Below the pieces are notes generated by a model. The model saw only the letters and a list, made by a program, of their open reading frames with translations. It ran no database searches and had not been told where the DNA came from. Shown here piece after piece: positions 53,900-64,000 of a stretch of DNA of 64,000 nt (position 1 is the first letter of the stretch; the number at the start of each line of letters is the position of its first letter). Both the position numbers and the translations under genes were made by a program. Origin of the DNA: Torpedo marmorata (lineage: Eukaryota); contig OZ360222.1 of assembly GCA_977017645.1 (NCBI GenBank), positions 123,442,001 through 123,506,000 on the forward strand, read 5' to 3'.

Positions 53900-56362
53900 G
53901 TAAGAGACAGCTGCCAGATTGATATGGTTGTGAACTAAGAAATAAACTAAGGGAACTCCATCTCTCCAGAGACATCAGGAACTTCCTCAAATACCAACGT
54001 GATAACGAGCAGATAACCTGTTTTAATTATGGCATAAGGATAAATATTGGGCAGCAGATTGGAACAAACCTCTCCAATCTTCCTTGAAGGTGTGTCAAGG
54101 GATCGTTTCCATCCATGGAAGGAGCATTCAGGCCAGTGGTTTAATATCCCATCAGAAACCCGGCACCTCTGTCAGTCCAGTACTCCGACAATGTCTGCCT
54201 AAACTTTCGTGCTAGTCCTTGGGGGAAGGTGAGCCCACAATCATCTGAGATGTGAGACTGCTACTAACTGAGTCAAGACCATAATTACCAAGAAGGAAAG
54301 GTGGGCAGACAAGGGTTTAGAAGTTAGACTGTGAATATTTACATGGCGATGCAGGGTAGAGAGAAGGTAAAATGCTCACTATGTTCTTCCCATTGGCTAA
54401 CATGAAAGGCTCAAACCAAATTTACTCTTTGCATTGATCCTTTTATTAGGATTAAATAACATTATGAAACAAATTTATTTCTTAATTGAACTCCTATGCA
54501 CTTACCCAATAGGGGGACGTAACAATTCAATGTGATATATAAATTATAATTATAATATATAATATAGGTGCATGCAACTTTTTGCAACAGATTCAGCAGC
54601 TTTACCATATATTGTAAGGCCATAAGAAATAGGAGCAATCTGTTGATTCTTTTTGCCAATCAATAAGCTCCTAGTCAATCATCTACATGAGGACTATTTT
54701 TGCATCCATTCCCTATCTTACCCAATCCCCTTCTTGTCAAAAACTCTGTTGATCTTAGCCTTGAAGATGCTCAGTGTCTGCTCAACGACAGCCCTGTGGA
54801 AAGGTTCATTATCATCTGAGTGAAGACATTTCTCAATTTCAATACCCTGCCTGTTACCCTGACACAGTGCCTTCCAGCATTCAACCTCAGTCCTGTTCAG
54901 ACACTGGTGTAGAGGTAAGAGGAGCAGAAGGGGAGAGGGAGAGATCTCCACAGTTTCAAGAAAGGGACTGAGAAGTCATGGTGCATTCAATACCATAGGG
55001 TGAAAATCTTGTGCAGTGGGGTGGGCTGGAGTCCAAGACTGGCCAACATTAGAAGATGCCTGACAGGCAATGAGAAGAACCCATGCTCAATGAGCAATAT
55101 TGCAAGAAATTATGTGTCCTCACAAGATGCATCAAATGAACTGCACACCATTAAAATAACTGCTCACTTACATTAACGTATATGCATGAACACACGCGTG
55201 CGCGCGCACACACAGTAAAATTGCAAACATGTCATTGCTTTGCTAGCTTTGCTCAAGCTGCATTCAGGTTCATTCAGGCATAGAGGAAGCCCTCACATGG
55301 CAGTTTCCATGCAAACCCACCTTGGTGTGGCTAGAGTTCTGGTCTCTGCCACATTGGAGCAGTTTCAAGAGCAGCAACACACCACTGGGGACCAGTTTTA
55401 TCTCCCGATAGAGCAATGGTATGCCACTAATAAGCAAATTGCCACCCTCAGTAGACAGAGGGTACAAGCTATGAGTTGCTCATGATTATCTAAGAGCAAG
55501 GGAATGCTGCAAGCCAGATGTTTGCCTGAAGCAGAGAGGCTTTGCACATCATCATATCATTCTGTTACATGAGCAGAGAAATCGGCAAACCTGAGAATCT
55601 GTTACATGGGCAGAGAAATGCCGTGCAGAAGCCGATTACTCTCTGATTGAAGTAGAGGTATGGCACATGGGAGCTTATCTCTCTTCTGCAGGGACATACT
55701 TCTCCCAAGCCGCACCACTTCACTGTGAAGCCGCACAAAGAGCTGCTGTAAGGAGAAGTGTGAAGACAGCAAGGACTGGACCCCTGCGGTACAGGATCTG
55801 AGAGCTGGGTCAACTTCAGGTTGAAACAATGGTCAAGATTTCTGCTGCCAGCAGATCACTGCACCAATGTCCTTCAGCTCCCTGAGAGGCTGCCTGGTGT
55901 AAGGATCAGGACATTGATGTCCCACCTCCCCCCTCATGTGAGCAGCAAGTCACATCTTCACACAGCCTCTCAGACAGAAGGCTCACTCAGGCTGTCCCTT
56001 CAATTGGCTGACTCATCAAGGGCATCGCAGCAATTCAGTGACATGCAACATAAATCGGCCCTTCAGCCCAACTCATCCATGCCTACTAAACTGGCATTCT
56101 AGGCTAGTCCCATTTGCCTGCATTTGGTCCATTTCCTTCTAAGTCCTTCCTATCCTCATATCTCTCCAAATGTCTTTTGAATGGGGAATAGAAGGGAGGC
56201 CACTCTCTATGTGGACTCAAAGAGAAAATGAATAGCCTTCCATCAGCCAGGTCACAGCCCATGCAGGGGACTTCAGCAAAATGTTAGGACATTTACAAAT
56301 GCAAAATTGACTTGGGTGTGAAACTTTGCAGACAAATGCCATGATTTTCCATTTTAGTATTA

Positions 56363-56895
56363 CACTGGACATCATTTTATTTCAAATGGTTTGCTTTCTG
56401 AAAAGAAAATGGGGATTATGATAGACAACTTCAAGCTGAACACAAAGATAATTACAGGTTTGTTTTATCACATAGGAAGTTGGAGGAGCATTAAATTAAC
56501 TTTTATTGAATTTAGCATGTTTAATCGCATAATGATGCTGACACATTGCGTTACTTCAACTGACCTAAAAATGTTTGCCAATGATTTTCATTGGTACTCA
56601 GCACCTGATGCCTCTCGTGTTAGTGTCCAACAATAGTTGGCCAGCATTGATGGATTCCAGTTGCCCCTGATATAGCTTTTCCATGGTTGCAATGTCCTGG
56701 TGAAACCTTTCACCATGTTCGTCAGCAGGGATGAAGTCCAAATGAGAATGCAGAAAATGAATTTTCAATGACATTTTGCACTTCATGGTTTTGTATGCTT
56801 GAAGTGGACTTAAAATATGACAGGAAATGACAAAATAGGTTATATCTAAAAAACGGTACGTGATAGGAAAATTTTAAGGTGATTTTTTTTGTGAA
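56363..56895 (-). mobile_element. Internally deleted DNA transposon, Chapaev3-like transposase C-terminal fragment
   Basis: Minus-strand MSLKIHFLHSHLDF..DEHGERFHQDIATMEK.YQG motif (56598-56786); left end TTA|CACTG. Family assignment from memory; right end not resolved. Confidence 0.65.
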
Positions 56896-57709
56896 TAAAT
56901 CTCCATTGTTCAAAAGTGTCCTCATTTGTGGCAAATAATACCCTTTATTGTGCGTAGATGAGACACACTGTTGTGGCAGCTGCTAGCATTGCTACAGACC
57001 ATGTCATGCCTCAACCAGAAAGATTGCACATGTTGCACAAATTGGGTGAATATAGTCAATTGCTGCTGGGCACTGACTGATGGTTTTCCTTAAGAATTAC
57101 AGCCTCACCTCATGAACAATGAGGTCTAGATATAAGTAGACTTATGGTAGAGCTGCCATGGTATTCTTTCACTGATCATGCATGATGCACAAAGCAAATT
57201 TGTTTGCGATTTTACATTCCTTATTTGCTTATTCAGCTCCTGCAGTATTTATGGTCATTTCTGAGGGAAGATTTTTTTATGAGAGGGAGATCATGTTGGG
57301 AGATTAAACATCTGCTGTACTTTGCCCCTTCACTTGAACTCTTACCCATGAGAATACATTTATCAGATCCAGTTGTGGACTGAATGAAACATTGTGTTTT
57401 AACTGCAGATCATTCATCATTTGTGTCCTATTGCATACCTTAAAATGGTGAGTTGGTGGAATGGCTTAAAATTAACCAGATGAAGTCTCATGAAGGATTT
57501 ATCGTTACTGAATGACTGTGAACTTCATTGGCTTTATATATTTGCCCCTCGTTGCATCTCCCAACCCATTGAATGGCAATTTGGTCAATTTGTTGTTATG
57601 TCCATTACACTGAGTTGCCATCAATGAGCAGCAGTTCAAAGAGGTGAAGACTTTGAATGAGGTTTGGACATGCAAGGCTGAACTGATCGGAGGAAGTGTA
57701 TGGCTACCC

Positions 57710-58125
57710 GCTAATTGGAGGAGCAACACCTTATATTCTATCTGGGCACTCTCCAACCAGACGTCAACTTCTCTATTTTCTGTTAACCCCCTTGCCCGAG
57801 TCTCTCTCTTTTTCCCTATCTCTCTGTCTTCTTTCCTCCAGCTCCCCACCCCCTTCCCTTCCCTCTCCCATCACCTCAAATTTTTTCTCTTCTACCCTCC
57901 CACCTGTATCCACATATGACCTCTTACCTGTTAGCCTGTGCTCCTCCCTCCTGCCCCTTCCTCCTTCCTCTCCTCTCTTGCTCCCTCCCACCTTTTCATT
58001 CAGGTGCCTGCCTGTTTTTTGTTCATACCTTGATGAAGAGAACAGGGCTGAAATGTTGGTTACCCTTTCCTTCCTATAGATGCTCCGTGACCTGCTGAGT
58101 TTCTCCAGCACTTTTGCGTATTGCA
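57710..58125 (+). mobile_element. Penelope-like element 3' fragment
   Basis: LEEQHLIFYLGTLQPD peptide, pyrimidine-rich UTR, then CTTGATGAAG...GAAATGTTGG...GACCTGCTGAGTTTCTCCAGCA terminal block. Confidence 0.7.
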
Positions 58126-58476
58126 CAGAAAACACAAAAAAATTGCACTAATGTGTTATATACAGAACAACTGAGTGTACACAACAGGATGTGGGGGAAT
58201 TTTGTGCAGCTCCAGAGCTCTCCAGACTGATTATCGATGTTGGGGTTAGTTGCATCAGGTGGTCACCTGGTCTGCATTGGCGATGATCATTTAACAGGGA
58301 CCTTTAAAAAAAACTGAAAATTTAGCCTGTGCAGATGATGTCTCCATCCAGTAATTTGCTGCGAGATGAGGTTAGGTATTCTACCTGATAGCCATCCTAT
58401 ACCTCTGTGTCTGCATGTCGCACTTCCCCTCGCATTGGCCCTTGTCATCAGTTGCGAGGCTGTACAAAATGAGAGT

Positions 58477-58596
58477 GGGAAGCTGGGTGCCGTGACTGTG
58501 AGGCTGGGTGCCGTGACTGTGAAGCTGAGTGCTGTGAGGCTGGGTGCCTTGACTGTGAGGCTGGGTGCCGTGACTGTGAGGCTGGGTGCCGAGATT
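58477..58596. repeat. 21-bp minisatellite (GTGAGGCTGGGTGCCGTGACT), ~5.7 units
   Basis: Five 21-bp units plus one 15-bp deleted unit. Confidence 0.92.
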
Positions 58597-61139
58597 GCTG
58601 GGGATCCCAGACTGAGCACTGAGCTAACCCGTCACCACACAAAGGTGTGACTGACCACCACCCGCCACCAGCCCCCTCCCCCCCACAATGACGTGTGGCA
58701 CATCCCTGACACTGACACATCTCTTAGATGAGCTCTTCCTCAATGTTGCTTATTCTCCATTTCCTTTCTGCTGACATTGATCTATTCCTGGATGTCCCAT
58801 GTCCAGATGTCATTCTGTATGCCAATGCTCCCATGTCACTGGGTGTCAACAGTTGCCTTTTCCCTGATGAATGAATCAGCTACTATTTCCCACACCTTTC
58901 TCCCCCATAACCACAAGCCCACATTCCAGTCCAGTTCCTACCCTAGCTCCCTGAAAACTGCAAGCCACCTGACCCAGACTTCCTCCACAGGTTGTCAAAG
59001 TCAGAGTGTTTAGGCATGCAAGGCTTATTTAACTGTTCACGACACTTTCGGCCTTTTGTTTTTTTTATTATTTAGGACTCTTAGAAAACCAGTCTGTAGT
59101 TTCATGTGTATGTGCTGAAGCGCACAGAATATTTTTTTTGTATTTTTTTTCCTGAATGATCAGAGACTAGGATTGAACCTTCATAAATACTTGTGATGGA
59201 TTCGATATGTGTGTGTTTGCAATGTGTATGAGACAAGTACTACATTAAGTGTGCCTTTAGTGTGTATTGTGTGTGTGTGTGTGTATGCTGTGTTCAGTGT
59301 TTGTTTTTGTGTGTGCATATGTTTGCTTCTGTGCAGTGTACAGTGTTATGTGTTTGTGTGTGCGAGCACGTGCTTATGGTAAACTGGAGGCAAAAGCAAC
59401 ACCCATTTATTATTGAAGAGCACATTAAGACGGCTGTTTCAGGCACTGTGAAGCGGGCAGATCTAGATGAGAAAAAGAGTCCAAATTATGTTCCAGGTGG
59501 CTGAGCAACAATATACTGGAGATAGAACTTGCATTTGAGATGAAGAAAGGAATAACAGCAAAGTAGCGGCACAGAAACAGCCAGATGTCTAATGAGTAAT
59601 GGGAAAAGTGAGAAAGAACACTGATTGGATGGCTTAATGAGCACATTTTGCAGAGTTTCGGCTGCAGTTCCCCTTGACCTTTGCTCTTTATTGACCAATC
59701 TGACACTTCATTTTTCACATTCTTCCAATTATCATTTGGCTATGGTGTGACCCTATCTCCAGACTACTTTCTTCACCTCCCACCCCCATCCATCCCCACT
59801 TTTAGAAAACTTGTAAGCAATTTAATAGAGTATCGAGGATGTTATGATTTACAAAGTCTGCAATTCAGATTCAAGTTGAAATCTGAGACTGATGTCAGTT
59901 TTCACATGATTCATTCTCAAAGCAAGAAATATCATTGCTTTTCCTTGCAGTTAATAGTTGGAAAAGGTTCATCCTCATAAATTAATCAGAAGCTATTTCA
60001 AGGTTTATTTTTAACAATTATTAGTGGTAGGATCTTGAATTTACAGCAATAGGTATGCGTACCAACTAACGTGTTGTTACTCCACAAGACGTTCTGCCAT
60101 TCCATTTATCTCATCTCTCCTCTTTAACATATTTTTTCTATTCTCACGTCTCTCATGTCTCTAAGATATCGGGTGATATCAGCGGTGAAGGGAGTGTTAT
60201 CTCGTACTCTGCGGATAAAGCTGTTCTGTACATTTCTCTAATGGATTTATTAGTAACCTGGTTGTGTTCTTGGCCTTTAGTTTTGATCACTTTATAGCAC
60301 ACACCCAACCCAAATATGATGACTTCTTTCTTTGACATTAATTCACTCAACATGTAACAGTACAAATATTATGAATGTGCTTTAGTCCAAAAATTTGCTT
60401 AAAATCTTACAGTGAGTAAATTGGAGCAGTGAGCTCAGGCAGTTTAGTATTTTTGTCCTTGCCTGGAGATCATCTGAAATGAAGGTTAGGGAAGAGGGGA
60501 GAATGGAGGGACCAGGCACAGTCCATGTGCCTCACTTTTATCAGCTGAATGTTCAGTATTCAATCCCTCAGTTCTGGTGAGTCTTTCAAAGCAATACATT
60601 CTGAAGAAATGTATCTGAAGGTCTTTTCTCCTGAGAATGGAGCAGGATGGGCTAGTGGGGTGTGTGGAACTTAGGAGGCAGCAAGACATCTGACAGATGA
60701 ATTGAAAGCGAAGTACATATGCGATGCCTGGCTGGATTGCTTGCAAAATGAGCTCTCTCAATGCTAATTGATACATGTGACAATGAACTTGAAATACTTT
60801 GAAATACAACATGGTTGGGGATAGGACTTCATAGAGGTGGAGAATTGATTAAAGCAGGTCAGGCTTCGAAATAGGAGCTGAGTCCTGTCTCGGCCCAGGG
60901 TTGCGGACATGGCTCTGTCTCATTTAAAAATCATAGGATGAGTGGAATAGAGCATCAATGTTGAAGTCTGTCGGTATAAAGTGATGAATGGAACTGATTT
61001 CCTGGTGGGAAGAAGCAGGCATCAGATATTCTCATGGCCCTCAACACTGAAAGACTTCAGTAGTGGTTCAGAGTTAACAAATAGGGGTACCACTGAAACA
61101 TCACATAAATTGTTAGGTCAACAAGACCATTAATGGGCG

Positions 61140-61470
61140 CCCATCTGTGCACTTGGCATATTGACATCCAATTTCTGTTAAACCCTCCCCCTCATCCCTC
61201 TTTCTCCGTTCCTCCAGCTCCCTAGCCCCTTCCCTTCCTTCTTCCTAGCAGAGAGCGCTATTTCTTAGCCATCTGCCCTCTTCCCCCACCATTTCTCAGC
61301 TTCTTTCTCTTCTACCCTCCCACCTGTATCCACCTATTACCTCCCCTTCCCCTTCCCCCCTGCCTGATTTTCAACGCTCCCGAAGAAGGGCTCAGGGCCA
61401 AAATGTCGACTGCCTTTTATTTCCCATGGATGCTGTCGAGTTTCTCCAGCATTTTTGTGTACTACACCAA
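61140..61470 (+). mobile_element. Penelope-like 3' fragment (same family as 57710)
   Basis: Shares TTCTACCCTCCCACCTGTATCCAC and GAGTTTCTCCAGCATTTTTGTGT blocks. Confidence 0.65.
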
Positions 61471-64000
61471 TTTTAAGCTGCCTGACACGATGCTCTATGA
61501 TACCAGCAAAAGCTGAATACTTCCACTTTTCCCCAACACACCCAGAAGCTCGTGTGACTGTGGCTGAATCCTCAGGCTTCAGAAAGGATGTTTTCTGCCT
61601 GGTTATTTTGTAGGTCCTGCAAACTAGAGGGGGAAAAGAGGTAAAATGAACTGCCCTGTAAGCAAGCTTTTGATCATTAAAAAAAAAACAATTGATCACC
61701 ATGAGTGCGGTTGTCATTAGCAGACATCGACTGATGGCAATTTGTCACAAGCTTAGAAGGTCATCCTGACTGTGGCTGCTTCAGCCTCTCTTTGATTGAC
61801 CTTTACTGCTGCCATTGTCATGTGATTGTTTCAGCTCAACATGACCCTTGAATCTGAAGGAAGGCAGACAGGGCACCACTCAGTTACAGCTTCCCAGCAG
61901 GCAGCTGGCCTTTGCTGCTTGGTATATTGCAAACTATTACATAATGAGAGTTACAGTGAATTTCAGAGATTGTGGTATTTTCTGGTAAGTCTGTGCTTTG
62001 TGGTTACAGCAATAACTCTGTTGCCTGCAGGGAAATCCCATCTGTTCCATTTCTTTCATTAATGTTTGTTGTACATACACAGTATCGAGGAACATAGTAA
62101 CAGGAAGAGGCCATTCAGCTGCTCAGTCCTGCTTCACCATGGATTCACCATTGGTGAGCTAATGAATAGAAGAGCACGGTCAAAAAGTTAGGATCAAATA
62201 AAAATGGTGTGCACAGCCTGGGGGAGATTAAATGGCCCCTCTTGGCTTCTTGGCGTGACTGCTGACCTCTGTTTTCCCCCACTCCTCTGTTCGCCAATAG
62301 CATTCCCCAACCCTTCTGCCAGAATGTACCTTTGTTCTGCTGCCATGATTGGAAGGCAGCAGAGTGCTCAGCCGACCAAGGAGGTACAATTGGCTGCGGC
62401 AGATTGATTGAATAATTAAGGTAAGGTCCGAAGGCTAATTCTGGGCAGCGTTCTGTGGAGCCCAGAGCATCCAGTTCGTGCCCCAAACAGAATAGACTGA
62501 TATATCTGGCAGTTTCTATCCCTAGTACAACCCTTTATCCAAAGGGTGTGTTTGCTATTGTTTCTTTGAGTTAAGTGCTTGTTGTTGAGCACATCATTAC
62601 CCAGTTCTCTGGAGCAGCTATTAATAGAAGTGCAGGAGCAGTACAAATCTTTAAGTTCCAATTTTTTTTAAAGCAATGCAGAACACAGCTAAGTTGTGTG
62701 CACATTAGGAATCAATCTCTCTCTGAGACTATATATGGTCGTATGGACTATGGAAAAAAAATAAGATCAGAGAATCTTATATCTGAGGTTATAGTAGATG
62801 AAAATTTGGTGTACAGTTTTATATTGAGGGATTAAAGGCATCTGATATGCAGAATGCTGGACCACAAATTTGAATATACTGTACTTCAAATGAGTTCCTG
62901 AATTTTCTGCTTCTGCTCACAGTTCATCCTTTATGGTATTCTAGTTTATAATTTAGATATTTAGACTCTCATTCAGTGAGCATCTGTGCATCTGTAAAAT
63001 TGCATTTTCCAGAAAATTTTCCACAAAAGCCTTTTAGAGAGATTTTACTAGTGTGAAATATAGCACTGAGCTGCTGGAATGATGCTGAGTACCAAGACTG
63101 AACGCTAAAATGGAAGTGGAAGCCTTCAGATTAGTATCACTCTCTGATAATCTACTAAACAATGGTTAACTGCATCCCGGAGAATACAGGGCCAGGAGCT
63201 GCAAAATGATTGTTAATTTCACCCACAAATAGTGTTTATACCAGAGCACAATTGATCTTAGCAGCATATCTTTCATAACCATAATAAAGGAAGGCGGTTC
63301 AACCCCACTCTAACTCCTCTCTCTTGATAAGACCAGGCAAACTCCCAGGTCAGCACCTTGGACAAGACTAGGCCATTCTGTTCTCTGTGTCACATTTTCT
63401 ATTCATTTAGATCACAGCTAATCTGTTTTACCTTAAAATTAGAGCTAGGTTTTCAGAATTGATGTCAGGGAGTGCTTCTTCATACAAAGGATTGATGGAA
63501 TCCTGAACTCTGTCCTCCCAAAATGTCGTGACAGAGAGGTGCAGTCAGGTGCTTGAGTTAGTTATTTTCTCCGCACAGAATTTACAGGATGGAAAGCAGA
63601 CCACTCATCCCAACTAGGCCATGCTGGCTTTTATATTCCTTTTCAGAATTCTCCCACTCTAATGGCATCTTCCCTTTATTTCCTCCTCCCTCACGAATGT
63701 ATTAAGTCTCCTGTTAAACACATAGATGCTTTCTGCTCCCTGAGGCAATGGGCTCCTCATTCTCCTACTCTATGTGTACAGATATACCTCTCAAATTCTT
63801 AATGTAATCATCTAGCAGCAATCTTATACTGAAGCTCCCTTATTTTGGACTCGTATAAAACAATTTTGTGGTATCTTCTCTGACATCTTTTCAACAATAT
63901 CTTATCAAGATTTATTTTCTGCTCTCTTAGTCCTGTCTTATTCTTTGGAAAGAACCTTCGCACACTCAATCTTTCCTGACTAGCCTCTACAATTCTGGTA

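Noticed and set aside
58477-58596. Repeat array as a possible CRISPR or repeat-protein gene
   Set aside because: Head-to-tail 21-bp units with no unique spacers and no cas genes; the ORFs on both strands are open only because the unit length is a multiple of 3.
53900-64000. MEIS1 exon 8 / homeodomain
   Set aside because: I found no DGLDNSVASP or KKRGIFPK coding sequence by eye; it presumably lies downstream of the window.

Overview
Vertebrate nuclear DNA, almost certainly from a cartilaginous fish and probably a ray or skate (judged from HE1/V-SINE-like, SacSINE/Deu-SINE-like, CR1, Rex1 and Penelope repeats). The window holds the 5' half of the TALE homeobox gene MEIS1 on the + strand. Coding exons 1-6 (16941-20806) encode the N-terminus and the PBX-binding MEINOX/HM domain. 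A ~33 kb intron 6 follows, then exon 7 (53791-53899); the homeodomain exons lie beyond the window. The promoter and exons 1-6 sit in a broad CpG-enriched, repeat-poor domain (~9.5-23 kb). Intron 6 contains a young 5'-truncated L1 (11-bp TSD), a solo LTR, a 5S-rRNA-derived SINE, a hAT MITE and many old LINE/SINE fragments; intron 7 has a Chapaev3-like fragment. I see no prokaryote-type system and no clearly new multi-gene system. Best leads: (i) a CCAAT/PBX-MEIS-motif upstream promoter with an in-frame alternative first exon (MQN); (ii) a 7-codon uORF next to a PBX-MEIS decamer in the 5' leader; (iii) a sense L1 whose RT ORF starts right after a cryptic CAG acceptor in phase with exon 6; (iv) a 5S-headed SINE with a Rex1-like tail. 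Comparisons to human MEIS1 and to repeat consensus sequences are from memory and need checking by alignment.
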